The translations under genes and the position numbers were made by a program. Below, piece by piece: positions 1 to 14,096 of a stretch of DNA of 64,000 nucleotides. Origin of the DNA: Trichoplax sp. H2 (Eukaryota); the NCBI GenBank assembly GCA_003344405.1, contig NOWV01000001.1, forward strand, positions 682,001 to 746,000. Direction: 5' to 3'. Position 1 is the stretch's first letter; the number at the start of each line of letters is the position of its first letter. A model generated the notes under the pieces. That model made no database searches. It was not told where the DNA came from and saw only the letters and a list, made by a program, of their open reading frames with translations.

Positions 1-1365
1 AATAATATCGAAACGAGTGCTAGTCATGATAAATCGTCAAATTCTGTACCAGATATAAAACAACGCGCAGCGACTTCACCCCCCAAAATACGCAGAATTC
101 CTCAATATTTTGAGAAAGATGTGAGTATTCAATGATAGTGGTACAATGGATATTGTCGAATTTTAATCTGGTAGTAGTGTACTTTAATATATCTACAGGG
201 CAACTCTGTTATTGCAATATACGGCTCAAATTTAATTTCAGTACGACTTAAGATCTTGTACGAAAGATCATTATTTAGTAGATTGTTATATTACTTGATC
301 TGAAATTATTTTTGGTAGTTTCAAACTTATCTAAGGATGAAACTAAATCTTATGATATTGTTAAAAATAGGAAAAGAATCGATTGCAACTTTACAAAGAT
401 TCTGTCGAGTGGGACATGGTTTCAATGGTAAGACTTTTTACGTAGGCACATGCATTCTATATCGCTAAACGATATGCAGAATATGATACACTAATTAATT
501 GAAATGAACTAATAATAGCTACAAAGACTGATTGTAATGTAATTATTAATACCTAATATATATATACTATTTTAATTACTCTTCTAAATAGAATCAAAGA
601 ACTCAACAGTTACTCAATAAAATGCATTCAAAATATGAACGTGAAAAATATGTTAGAAATGTGCATGCTACTTGGCGAGGTAATTCTAACTACTTCACCG
701 AGTTCCATTTGCAATGACTTACCTTTATTATTATTTTCAATTTTTATACCTAAAGATAATACTTATCAAGTTGGCCCAAAGGTAGATATAAATCATAATT
801 TCTTAGTACTTTGGGAAGCGAAAAAATGATTTTATCAAATTTTAAAATCCTTCCTGACTTGATTAGAACGTTAATTTACTGCTGCTGTATGATAAGTTTC
901 TGTCATTACTTTTTTCTACTATAGTCCCAATATAGACGACATCGAGAGTCTGCAGAGAATTTAGCAACAGAAATATTAAACGACGTCAATAGTAGAATCA
1001 AACCTGTGCCAGAGCCAGTCTATGATGATAGGATTCCCACAGAAGTCCAAATAGAGCGTGGTCAGATAAAGCACAGACATGGTTACCAGCAATTATTCAG
1101 GCGAAGGGTAGATGAACATACTATTAGCATACGTATACTTGAGCAACGTGTGTTATAAATTTATTTCTTATGTATTCTTCTCTTTATTTTAGTCATTATC
1201 TTGTGAATATTTCATGTCATATACTTTTATCGATGTTAGATAAATAATAGCGCTTTATTCCACAAGTTATCAGCTAAAATCATAACGCCTACACGTGAAA
1301 ATGTTGTTAAAATTTTCTTACAAGACGTAAAAGGTTTCAAAGATTGCATATCGATTAAAGCGTAA
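1..1365 (+). CDS. 3' part of an unidentified multi-exon protein-coding gene (5' end outside window)
   Basis: Phase-consistent GT-AG exons 1-120, 371-427, 592-679, 756-781, 925-1107 and 1240-1365 give one open frame (...RIPQYFEKD-EKNRLQLYKDSVEWDMVSM-NQRTQQLLNKMHSKYERE...-INNSALFHKL...ISIKA*). No family recognised. Confidence 0.7.
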
Positions 1366-2422
1366 TTCTATCTATTGTTCGATCATATTCTGTGCCCATA
1401 TTTCACGTGTATAGCATATACGCGTATGTGTACATAACACATACATTTACCACATCTGATATATTCGTGTCGCATAGTCATGTTTGTAAATTACGCCTTG
1501 TATTTAAACTTGAAGTGATACAATCCGAGACATATCGTATTCATTATAATCTCTATTAATGAATTTATGATATGTAAATTGTACAATGGAGATCGACAAA
1601 TGGTTAATTTAATTTTGATTGTCATTTTTGATAGACTGAAATCTAAAGATGTCTATTTATACAGAACATAAGCAATTTTGAAACTGTTTGTGATACTAAC
1701 TTTTTGAATAAAATTAAAGATTCAGAAAGTAAAAACAGCATTCAAACGCATAAAATCAAAATTAATAGCTTTATTTTAATGACTTACATAAAATCAATCA
1801 CTAACGGTTAAAAATAATCTACAACTGTCATCAGATGTATATTTTCAAAAGTATACCAAATCTTGAGATTGATCCACTTGTAGTAATAAACAATGGATTA
1901 TAAATATAGCGACTATATAGGTAATTAAAGCAGGCTGTAAGTTGCAGCCCATTACAGCCGTTGCAATAGTAAAATTTATTATTTATGTTAAAAAATTTTT
2001 AGCTTTTGATACATTTTAGCATTGCAATTTAGATAATTCAATTATTTTTCTTTTTAGAAGAGCCAAAATAGATGCACTTCCATTCCGGTAAATAACACTG
2101 AAATTTCCAAACTTTCGTTTATGTCAATGATTAAGTACAAATTCATAAATTATTTCTTTTCACTCGAAAATGTTAGTAATTAAATAAGTACTTTGAAAAA
2201 ATTCATCAGCTATTACATGCGGCCAAAATACAATGTATACGATTGGAGACAGTAGGGATACTGATATTTTACATGCACAAGCACTAGCAGCATGAATTTG
2301 GGTGAGAAAATACAATTTCTTAGTATTGACTATTTGATAGAAGCATCATGGCGTGATAAATGAAGCTGATTCTTACGATTTCATCATGTAGGAGTGCTCC
2401 AATAGTATAGCCTAATTAGGTT

Positions 2423-3359
2423 TTACAGGCGGTTGTTACCAAGAGATTGGACTCGCAATTTAATCCAATCTATCTATATACATTTCAAAGAGGATGATAA
2501 AATGAAATTAATATAGCAATCTCCAAAAGGGTGCAATTACAGGTATTTTCATAGCTAGCTTTACCGGAGCAAACCATGGAGTTCTTGTTGCAGGAAAAAT
2601 CATTTTATGGAAGAAATTGATTTGATTAAAGGGAAAAATGACATGTAGATGTAGATGATTGACACTATTAAACGGAGGCCAATGAAATCCTATCCTATAA
2701 AATACAGTATAGACGTATAGGTTCGACTTAAATATAGTCTTATTGTTAGTCCAAGCCCTATTAAATGGTAAGACGGAAGTAGATCTACTTTGCACGAGAC
2801 GTTATCTATGATAAATAATAATTACTACTAATATAAAAAGTTCACTAACCTACAATCTGACACTTTCCCCTCATGCTTTGCAATCGTTTCTTTGCCAATC
2901 TTCTCCATATGTTCCACTATTACAAGCAGATAATTTCAATTTTATGAATTGTGATTACAATCAGTTTAAACCAGGCGGACAGGCATTGGATAATACAGTA
3001 ATATCAATTTGGTGAGATCAACTTACAAAGAGGAAGATGTTCTAACTTTAGTTGTGCGGCATTTCGAATGTGCTCTTTAGAAATTACCAGGAAATGAAAT
3101 TGAGAGACAGGTTTGATATCTTTAAAGACGGAAACTTTATCATCCTATTCTCAGATACAGAACAATTACTTGTAAACAATGGAAGGTTTGCATAAGCACA
3201 AGTAAATTGTACTATAGTATTTTTCAAAAGATTACATCATTCCGAAAAATTTATAATCTTAAAACTACTGTACTGTATACTGACTTCGTAGAGAACTGTT
3301 GTTTTTGGATCCTCTTTTGCAGCAATTTTGCAGAAAATACAACGTTTTTGTGGATCCAT
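2423..3359 (-). CDS. HINT3: Histidine triad nucleotide-binding protein 3-like (5 exons)
   Basis: Spliced product MDPQKRCIFCKIA...VFKDIKPVSQFHFLVISKEHI...RIGFHWPPFNSVNHLHLHVI...IDWIKLRVQSLGNNRL*. Has the CIFC N-terminus, the HINT3-type GFHWPPF motif and the HxHxH triad. Confidence 0.9.
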
Positions 3360-4556
3360 TTAGTACCAAAAAGCAGTATTATATATGTGTATGACAGTAA
3401 GGGGCAGGTAGTTAAACAACAGGTGCCCTGCAGACTCCACACCATTCAATGTATCCCAATCGCTTGAAAAACAGAATACATAAGTCCATTTCGTGTTAGC
3501 ATTACTATACTCGTATATAATAGATATAGTGATCATTTTTTTGTTTATTACATTTTGATATTGTATAACATAAAGTATACGTTGTTCAATTTGTAGTCAT
3601 ACTGCGTTGTGTATGGTATTTACTGTAAACAGTTTAGTTACCGGCGATTGTGCTATTAGAAGTACAGTATAATACAGCACGTAGCAGGAAGTAAAAGCGA
3701 TGCTGTACTAGTACACTACTTAGCACTTATTATAACTGTAGTTCAGGACTCGTTTAACATCATCGGGTCTATAATAACAGAGCTTAATTTTTATCTGAAG
3801 CGAAGTATCCACGTTTTTTAAAATGGACGAAGAGGGGAATTGTCCAAGTACCGTATTGTATGTAAGTTATCGAAATTGATGACGCTCCAGAAAGGTATAA
3901 GACTAAATTATTGCACATCAATAACATAACTAAGTTCCGATATCTGTATTCTTGTATGATTTACAACTGTAAATACCACACTTCTACTGCAATATGAACT
4001 ACTGTAGAATCGTATTTTGATCCATTCCATAATAAAGCAACTTTTGTAAATCTTTTCAATAATTCTTTCTGCGCAGTTTACCTTGACAAATTTTTTTTAA
4101 CATTGTAATTTACACTTTACCATTACTACTATCATGGCAGCTCATTCAAGCGCAAGATGAGCTGGTTATTACTAAAACAACAAGCTGGTTCGTTTTAATT
4201 TCAGGAGCCAAAGTAGGCCACCATGCAATTAATACAGTGATTGATAATGTTATGTCAGCTGTTGATGGATTGACTGTAAATAATATCTTCCTTGCTATCA
4301 GTACCGTACTGGCACTGTAGAGGGCTGACATTATTACCCATAGTAGTTAGAATCCACCCTTGAAATCGGTGACATTTTTACCTGCGTATTCGTGAAGTTG
4401 AGCTTGTGCTTGAAGGTGCAAGGATTTGAATTTTAGATAAATCACTAATGTCCCCAACTCTGAGATTAAACCAAGTAAGCAAGATCAGCTAGGATCAACA
4501 ACTTGATCAATAATTGTCATGGCTTGCTTAAATTAATTAATTGTTGACTTCATAGA

Positions 4557-4970
4557 GTACAATACATATTACTGTAGACTACAGTCCACCAACGTACTGT
4601 ACACTGTGCCACCATTGTATAGTACTGTACAGTACAACTCGTGTGAGTGTGATCCATAGTGTGACCCGTAGAGACATCGTACATCACGATGGTGTGAGTG
4701 TGTGTGACTCACCCGCAGAAGATACTGTACATGTCAAATTCTAGGGGCTTTTTCTTGGGGACCTACAGTACAGTACTGTAGCTTATACACTGTACACACT
4801 ACGGTGCCGAACCGCTGAAGTTTAGCTGTACTGTACTGTATGACCTGGCGTTGACTACTGTATTTGCACATGTGTCAAAATAAAGTTTTAACCTCGCCGT
4901 CAGTCTACAGTACTGTACTGTCCACGACACTTCAAGTGTACACTGTACCGTACCGTACCGTACTTGGAAG
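4557..4970. promoter_or_regulatory. ACAGT/ACTGT pentamer and TACAGTACTGTA palindrome cluster upstream of TCEA (divergent HINT3/TCEA region)
   Basis: Dense runs such as agtactgtacagtac, tacagtacagtactgta, ctgtactgtactgta and gtaccgtaccgtaccgtac lie 130-540 bp upstream of the TCEA ATG. A regulatory role is inferred from position. Confidence 0.5.
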
Positions 4971-5098
4971 ACCGCGGACCATGGTATAAAAAAGGCCCAA
5001 AGTGGAGTGGAAAGTGGACACAAGTTTGCCAAAGCAATCGATTCAATTCGAGGAAACTTTAGCCATTGAATTTATCTCAGCTTGTGGTAGCATTAACT

Positions 5099-7864
5099 AT
5101 GGGTGTTGAATACGAAGTAACGAGGATTAAAAAACAATTGGATAAGGCATTAAATCGTGAAATTGTGGTCAGTATTAGTTGCACATGAGAGTATGATTGA
5201 TACGAATTTAGACTAGTTTAGTCAATTTGTAGCCATTATTGTCTTGCATAGCTGCAAGGAAAGCATTCATTGTCAACTCAACTTTGAATCTCCATTCAAT
5301 GCCAGGATAATGAATTTATATTGGCTTTACTAACTAACCTGAAGGATTTAAAGATGACGTTAGAAATTTTACAGGTACAGTAATTCGATAATTTAGTAGA
5401 GTGCCTTTCGTTGATTTAGAATTGGCAGTACTGTAGCTTGAAACTGGTCATGTTCACCTTTGGTATACTTGTATGTTCCAATGCTGGTAGAAAACACGTG
5501 TGGGCTACCATGTTAACAACGTACGCAAGAAAGCTGATAAAGAAGTGGTTATCAATCTTGCAAAATCACTCATTAAAGATTGGAAGAGATTATTACCAGG
5601 TAGAACAGAAATTTTATTCGATTGGATAGGGTATATCCACATTACCATAGAAATATTAGATAAGGAAACGCATTTGCTGAAACAATGTTTACATGTTAAT
5701 TTTCCATAATCGAATAATTTATTTTATTGTATTGACTATAAATTGGCCATGTCAAGACTCGAAAAAGAATGAAGCAAAAGATAAAACCGATAGCCGCCAA
5801 ATGGATAAGGATAGTCAGGATCTTATCCAACAGTCGGAAATAAATCCTAGTCTAATGGTAGAAGAAAAAGACAACACGACCGTTCATCAAAGTCACAACA
5901 ATGATAAGGATATGCAAGTTTTAAGTTCTGGCAATCCAACTAGAGACCTTAGTCGAAAACTTCTTATCGGTGCCCTTAGTCGCGACGGCTTGAATAAAGG
6001 TGATTAAAAGACAAAAGCGGGTAGACGAAGGGATGATAATTACATTCGTAGATTGCTATGCTTAGGGCAACAGTGCTTGATTTTAAAATACATAAATAAT
6101 ACGGTAGCCCTTTGAAGGATACTGCTCGACATGCAACCCTGTCAAGCAAAATTTTTTCTTACTTTATGTGACAGGTTACATTGATTCATTATAACACAAA
6201 ATGTTTATGAAAATTTATATTTTTATTTCTCTTTAAGTACACAGCACCTATCCTAGTGTAGTCAGGAAAACTAACTAGTCCAACATTGCAAACAAATGAT
6301 TAGCATCTAACAAATCGTATCTGTGCAGTGATAGCACCAACTTAACGACTATAATTAACTATAGAATTAAACTGAGTTCCTGCGACCTGGGATTTCAGTA
6401 TCTATGCAGTCTTGAAATTTACCCTTACTAACTAATAATATGGAAATACTCTTTGCAGATAGCTACCATAAATTACAAACTATTCTTATCCAGTTCTAAA
6501 ACTGTAGATTACAGACGTGATATTTTGTATTTAAGCATAAAAGTAGTTAATATAATTTACGCAAGGATTGTTAAAATAGATAAAAAGTTCTAAACGTAAA
6601 ATTAGCAACTCATTTCAACCTGAGTGCACTGCTGTAATTAATTAACCGTTAGTAGTATTAATTTTAGTCCATTGCTACTGTTAGTTCATCATTCATGTTT
6701 GAATTACGCCAATACTATACGTGAATACCAGGTATCGTAAGTGTTGTTACAATAATGCCGCAATAGTGCATGAACAGAGTTTGAATTAGCTACATTCCAT
6801 AATATAATGGAATTGACTTGAAAGTACACACCTGTTTGACTTGCATGGCATAGCAAACATCTATCTCTCATTCGGTTAATAGTATTTCGTTTTACAGTAA
6901 ATGATGAGTTTCTAACGAATTTACCTTTACAGATTCGGTGGATATTCCTGCGTTGGCCGCTGCTATTGAGGATTGTATCTTTTGATTGACAAATATTAGA
7001 CACTAGCATAGGTGTATATATATACAATCAGTAGTATTAATTTCCATCATTTTAACGGAAGATTGTAATACAGACTACTGCCTTAACGAAATTCGATCTA
7101 GCCATTTTCAAAGAGTTAAAAGGTCCAAATATGAAATATAAAAATCGTGTTCGCAGTCGAATTTCAAACTTAAAAGACTCGAAGAATCCAAATTTGTGTC
7201 AGAGAGTCTTATCTGGTATTATCACGCCAGAACAGATTGCTAAAATGACCGCTGAGGTGATTTTGATTCGAAACTTATTTTATTGCTCGTTTTACGAGAT
7301 ACTGATTACATACTCTTGTTTCAACGGGAAAACTGCTTAATAACGATAGGAAATGGCATCTGATGAAATGAAGAAACTCCGACAAGGGTATGCCAAAGAA
7401 GGTATTCGAGATGCCCAGATGGCTGTCACTCAAGGCACAAAAACGGATTTACTAACTTGTGGCAAATGTCATAAAAAGAATTGCTCTTATAACCAGGTAA
7501 TTCAGCCAAACTTTTAAATTTTATAATACTTAATGTATGTAGTAGATTAATAACTTTGCGTTATGCTACTAATTTATGACAATCAAACTTTAAGAATAAT
7601 TTGTTTATTTTATCTAACCAGATGCAAACAAGAAGTGCTGATGAACCAATGACAACCTTTGTCTTTTGTCATGAGTGTGGACACCGTTGGAAGGTAAGAA
7701 ATACAACAGTAATTTCAATCAATATTGATCTCCTTATGAGTTTTGAACAGTAAGGCTAATGTTGCAACATAACGCCTTTTTATATACTATAATGAATTTA
7801 ATTGCTGTTAATATCAATTAATTATTTTTATTAAATCTCGTATATGTTTCATCAGTTTTGTTAA
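5099..7864 (+). CDS. TCEA: Transcription elongation factor S-II (TFIIS), 9 coding exons
   Basis: Exons approx. 5099-5167, 5307-5374, 5491-5599, 5757-5999, 6933-6974, 7102-7256, 7350-7496, 7622-7693, 7856-7864. Motifs KTRVG...[33 protein letters not shown], and zinc ribbon [39 protein letters not shown]. Confidence 0.96.
6975..7101 (+). other. Probable U12-type (minor spliceosome) GT-AG intron in TCEA
   Basis: Donor GTATCTTTTG (U12 consensus RTATCCTTT) and branch site TGCCTTAAC at 7079-7087, 14 nt before the intron end, with no polypyrimidine tract. Splicing keeps the frame (IED-S-IFKE). Confidence 0.8.
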
Positions 7865-8465
7865 GGTAGGCTGGAACCTCTGCCGTAAATCAACCCAGTG
7901 GAATCAGCAGTCTAGACCCATAGTGTGTCCAGTAATAACTTGAATACATGGTATTGGTTACTCTTCAGTTGTTGGTCAGTTCTTACATGTCTTTATTTGG
8001 GATAGTGACTTAACTGAGCTATATCATACTATTATTAACATTCGTATTAAGTTATCAGCATTGTTATGAATACGATTTTTGTATATAAGTCAGACTTTAC
8101 TGCTAATGGTTATTATAGTGTACAAAAGCTGAATAAATAAAATATATTAATGACTAAAAGATTTTCATATGCTGGATTTTATTATTATTGCTTTGTTCGC
8201 TAAGATTTTATATAGTTCAAATAGTGTACACTGTACACAAAAAGAAAGCAATATACGGCTGACTTAATATAAGCACTTCATGATCTGATGTGACTAGTTA
8301 TTATTATGGAACATATTTATGTGAAGATAATAAGTGCCCCATTAAGCGTGAAGTACTTAGAGCATGTCGATAATTACCAGTGCAAGCTGTTATTAGGTCA
8401 GTTGTAGAAACTGTCTAAACTTTCTACTTGCCCGGAGTACTTTACCCACAATAGGCAAGGATTAT

Positions 8466-11072
8466 TTAGAGTAAGATTTTAAATTTTTCCGTGCGAGGTA
8501 CCCTGTTAATAACTAATCTTCCATCATAAGATAAAGAGGCAAATACCCAAGGATCTGAACATGACCAACATGACGCATATACACTATCTTCGTGTTCCTC
8601 ATATGTTGCAATAATTCCATCTTTCGGTGGTTCTTCCTCCCTTTAGAATATTAAAAGCACAATTTATCAACTGTAGAATCACTAAGCAACTTACAGAAAG
8701 ATAAAGAGATAATTTTACTAACAATACTGGCTTAACGTACTTATTTGAAGTTGATTCTTCGTCATCAATATCTTCGTACTGACCGAATGGCTCCGACGAT
8801 AAAGATATTATGTTAAATAACATTACACGACTATCACTGCTTGACGATAGAACTAGTTGATCGTGGAAATGGTTGTAGGAGACCGACCAAACCCTGTATG
8901 ATAAATTTCGTATTTGACAATGGAAAGATGCAGTATTCTATATCAACTGCTGATTAATCGTAAATTCAATCACATGTAAGAGTAAATAATGTACAATACT
9001 ATATGTTACTCACCAATGAGAATGATTGGTTAGTTTAAGTAGAGGTTCCGTACTATTTCTGACATCCCAAAACTTAACTTGGCAATCATCTCCACATGAT
9101 ACTACATAGTAAGGTTTGTTGGGATTAAAATCTAGGTCCCGCACAAGTATTCCATGAGCATTTTCAATAGTATATGCTGGCCTAGATTTGGAATTATCAC
9201 AATAAATATATTAATAAGATGAGTGAAACCGTAAATTATTGGAAAACATAAGGGCATTCCAATGTAGTAATAGCAGTAAAATATGAATACATAAATTGTT
9301 AAGGCCAGTGCTGTATTACTTCATTGCTCTAAGATCCCAGGCCTTTATATTGGTATCGTAGGCACCAGCAACTTGAGTGCCGTTGTGGTGAGGATTCCAG
9401 GCAGCTGACGAAAAGCTTAAGTGACTCTTTTCACCTAAATCTATAACGTTTAAAACCTATCCAAACGGAATCATGAAGTAACAGGATTGTCAAAAACTAT
9501 TGATTATAATTAGAGCCCCTATTAAATTTCGTCGTTTATACATCGAATCTGACCTTGGCAGAAGCGCTGGTGGCTACTTGAAAATCCCATATTTGTAAGT
9601 GCTGATCATGTACGCTCATGAGAGTAGATTTATCTTCGTTAGGATGCCACAAAACACTATCAAGAGATCGCAATAGAGGAGTAATGGACGTAATAAGAAA
9701 GCATTTATAATGCATAATTATACTCTAGTCTCTACAGTAAATTTCGAAAACCTTTTTTCGATTTTACAACGAGACCTAGTTACGATGTATATGTGCATAA
9801 TTAAATGTCGCTATCATTAATGTAAATACAGTATTGGAATTTACCTTTTCATATTTTCAATATCACTACTTAGGTGAAATTTAGGAACGAGAGGTGGAAA
9901 ACTCATACCGGCAGTACTATGACGGGTATTGGTAGGACCTCCTAAATCTGAATCCATCGAATATTGAGCAGTGTGGCTAGATGGAGTTTGGGGTTGTACA
10001 GGTGACGTCGGTACTTCATCATCAGTTGGTATTTTCCATGCCGTAGCATGCCTATTAGTTTTGCTACCATTAACTGTCAGACAAAGCAATAAAGAAATAT
10101 TTTATTACACATAGAAATGTTTTAGTCCCAATGATTTCTAAACGTCTTTGATAGCAGCATTATTCAGTAAATATTTCTAAGAGAACTCACGTCTGTCATA
10201 ACAAGTTAGTAAAATTTCTTTATCTAGAGGGCAAGAGCTAATATGCCTAAGCAAACGTAATAACACGTTATAAGAGACTCTGGAATTCACAAAGCTTAGG
10301 TTAATTAATATCACGGTATATTATCCTTTAGTACGCTGCAATTTTGTACTTGCGTCGATGTAAGCATTTGCAAATTGTCACTGCATGATGCTTGGGGTAT
10401 AATAGTTTTATGCTTTCAATTTATAAATACTGTAATGCTGTATTATACGTTTGGATACGAGTATATGTATGTTTAATCTTACCATACTTCCCCAATCGGA
10501 TGAAGATAGACATTACTATTTATAACGTTATTTTCCTCATCGAATTCTATTAAATGGACCTTTCACAAATATTAAAATAAAAAAATGATTAACGATAAGT
10601 AATCAAAACGTATCCAATAAACTTTTACATCTTTTAACTACAGGGTGGACTGCATTATATTACAGTATATCCTTTCTTGTCTTTAAAGTCAGGAATTCAT
10701 AAACGATATGGCAATAGCAATTACCTGATTATCATTTTTAAACGATTGTGTTCCTACTAGAAATTGAATATGATCAATATCACCTACTACAGCACACAAG
10801 GCCCGCGCCTGTAAATAAAACAACAAGAACGTTAACATATTCACCTTGATATTCAAATTATTTACAGTAACATGACCATTTGCATCTTCTCCATACGAGT
10901 ATACCACGTATTTATTTTATTTATCTATAAAGCTGTACTGACTATTTAATATAGTTCAACAGTGAAGAGATGAACATGCCAACATAGATCAATATTTAGT
11001 CTTTAAAACGTTAAAGTGCTGCTATCATACCTGAAATTCTAAGCCATAAATTACTGCGGAATCGTCGTCCAT
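8466..11072 (-). CDS. EIPR1: EARP/GARP-interacting WD40 protein (TSSC1/EIPR1)
   Basis: [14 protein letters not shown] / ARAL...[13 protein letters not shown] / [14 protein letters not shown]..., [30 protein letters not shown]...[47 protein letters not shown]...[29 protein letters not shown]. Confidence 0.95.
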
Positions 11073-11079
11073 ATTGGTC

Positions 11080-11360
11080 TATACTGTACCGTACACTATA
11101 TAGTATACACTCACTATACTGTACAGTACAATAATGATGTACGTGAAGTAGCATTCTCTTTAACGCATGCGTAAAGATTGACATTTCGCCAGCCGACAAC
11201 ACTATGTGCATAAAGGGCAAGGACACGTCCGGTGTCGTACAGTCTGTACCGAGTGTGCAATACTCTTACTGTAGTCTACCATAGAACAGTACTGTACTGT
11301 AGTGTACTGTATGTGTCACACAAGTCACACTAACTTTGAGATACTGTATACAGTAATACT
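11080..11360. promoter_or_regulatory. ACAGT/ACTGT motif cluster immediately upstream of EIPR1
   Basis: tactgtaccgtacac, tactgtacagtaca, cagtactgtactgtagtgtactgta and atactgtatacagta all lie within 290 bp of the EIPR1 ATG. Confidence 0.5.
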
Positions 11361-14096
11361 CAAAGATTTGAAGTCAATCTAAATCTGCTTCCGAATTTTA
11401 TAAATAAATCAAATAACCCCACAAATACTCCGACAGAGTTCATCAAGATTAACAAGAACTTGTAAAAGTAGTCCTACTGTATTGCCATCACTCTGTGAGG
11501 ATTCAACAAGTTACTTCTCCGGTGCAGAATCAGCCTCAGATTCAGGGCAATGGGGGGGGGGGTATCGTCATTCGATCAGAGTGGAATGCAATTTTGACTG
11601 ATTTTGTTTCACAGCGACTATTGGGAAGCTAGTAATCATTATATCATTGTCGCACTAATTTCAAGCATCAATCAATAATACAGTAGATCTGATATCAAGT
11701 TCTACGCGCATAGTAGCAACGTGGTAATTTGTTACTGTAAATTTTCAATTACATCCTAATTCCAGTATCAATAAACGAATATGCTTACGTAAATATAGAG
11801 GCTAAAGGAAGTACGCGTAGCTGTCCTTCATGAAATCAATCTTTATGATAGTAGGCTTGTCGAGAGTATTAATTATGTAGCTCTAAGGTTACTAACGCAG
11901 TAAAATTATAATTTGAATTACGTAACTCCTTACTTGAACATGACTATTCTAGAAAGTACTGCTGATATACATTTACTCTGCTTTCATAATTTTTCCGTGA
12001 CATCAAATATGCAGGATATCAAGCGCTATTCTATTGCTACGAATTGAGTAGTTTTGGTGATATTACAGTTAGAACCAAACACAAATAGGGACTAAACAAT
12101 CTAAACCCAGTTACAGAGTGCAAAGTAGTAGATAATCCATATGCGTAGAATTAACAATCTACTTTTAAAGTACATTGCTGATTGTAATTCAGAATTGCCA
12201 TAGATATAAAGAAAACTTGTCAGAGTAACGAGCACTTATTATCTCATTTAGGATAATTTGTCAGTGTACAACATGAATCAGGACAAATATTCTATAATAC
12301 TTAGTTGTGGCGTAGATACATGGAATATTAATTTTAATTAGTTTACTAAGCGGCTTGGCAGTTCATACAGTACATACATAACTTGCAGTATATTTAAAAT
12401 TAACACGTGCCTCTGCAACTTATTCATAACTTTAGTTTTGCTACATTGGTATGTTCTAGAAGAACCCCTATACATTACATTACATATGACCACTTGAGCA
12501 AATGATATCGGTAAGTTTGACACGATACCTGCTCGCAAATATTAACATTATTTCCGTTTATGTCGTTGTCAAAGATGTACAACATTACTTTTTGACTTTA
12601 ATTCAATTGCTTTTATGCCTCTAAAAATTATTTAAATAGACTTAAATTAATTGCTTGTGCAGATCGTTGAGGCGTTTGTAATGCAAGCGTGCGAATAAAA
12701 TTATATATCGAAATTATTGATATGCATAATAAGGACCTACAGTCATGCGAGCTAGGATGTATCAAACATGGCAAAGGTGTATAACTTTAGATGACATTAG
12801 TCTATTTGTGATGATGATCTACTGCGATTGTTTACGAATAAAAACTCAATATATATGTAGAATTCATATAAAGCCTTTATTCCTCAAGTAAGTTAATTTA
12901 CAATTAGTTAATTCACAACTTAACCAATTTTCTATAAACGGATATATTTAGAGGATTTGGAACTCTAGTATTGACTTCTATTATCAAAAGTTAATTTGAT
13001 GATAATAGCCTTTGTTAAGATATTAGTTTTAAGAAATTTTTTATTTTGAATTCTAATTCGTATCTCTAAAGGTCATCAATCCATGGTGATTTTAATTATT
13101 TTGATATCACGCTGATTATATTGTAACATATGTTAATTTAGCCGCGAAGAAAAACAATGACTTCTTGTGAATGCCCTATAAAATTTATCAAGGACGTAAA
13201 TGAATGTAACTCCTTCCAATTTAACGCAATTAGTATCAAGCCAGCTAAATTAATTTGATATTAATAGGAGAGCAGTGACAGCTTTAAATTAAAACAAGTT
13301 TTCTTTAAAATTGACAACTATTCCTTATAGATATAAGTATTGAATTCCTATAAAATTCGAAATTGTGTATCACGTATCATCTATAAATACGTATGTATTA
13401 TTGATGAGAACTTTTCAAAATACAGTCAATACATAGCATGGAATATGTTAATTTTCACGAATAACATACCGCCTCATAGCAATGTGTGCAGATGTATTGT
13501 CCAAGGCTAAAGTTGGGCTATATTGTTATATTGTTGTAGATGGTTTCTATGGAAACCACGCTGGGCAATGAGAAGGATTGAAGAATTTGTACCTAATAAA
13601 ATCGATCTTATCCTGACATTGTATTGCTAACTCCTACATTATAACAAGTACAATTTACATTATTTGTCGTTTCATAATTAAAGGTTTGTCACTTTGCTGT
13701 GATGCACAGCTGCAATGATTTCATTGCAATAGGTACATCACTTTTCGTATGTTCTATGCTGACACAGTTTGAGAATAAAATTGGATAGGAATCGCTGCAA
13801 AATCTTGTAATAATTTGCGAAAAAAACGCTGTAAGTATTGCATATGACGCCTGTTGATTAAACTAGCTATATCACGTAAACGTTGTGTGCGATAGAAGCT
13901 GTGATTACACTAGCTATTTTCTGATTAATATATTTAGATAAATGAGGCATTGTCTGTTTAGCTTGTTTTAAGGAAATCTTATATTGATTTTTATCGATTT
14001 AAGGTAATAAACGAAAAGCTGGTCAAATAATTCGATTGAAAGGTAGAAATTATAAAAGACTTCATACACCTTTAGCAAGGATAGTGATCAACTAGA

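Noticed and set aside
2423-2434. HINT3 C-terminal NRL as a peroxisomal signal
   Set aside because: Non-canonical first residue, and the last exon rests on a single predicted acceptor; too weak to claim.
4347-4520. Selenoprotein-like minus-strand frame (ATG...AGC TGA TCT TGC)
   Set aside because: No UxxC/CxxU motif, no resemblance to known selenoprotein families and no SECIS recognised.
11420-11600. Ser-rich open stretch with a G homopolymer upstream of EIPR1
   Set aside because: No start codon or convincing splice context. The G run, like the C run near 37641, is a simple homopolymer.
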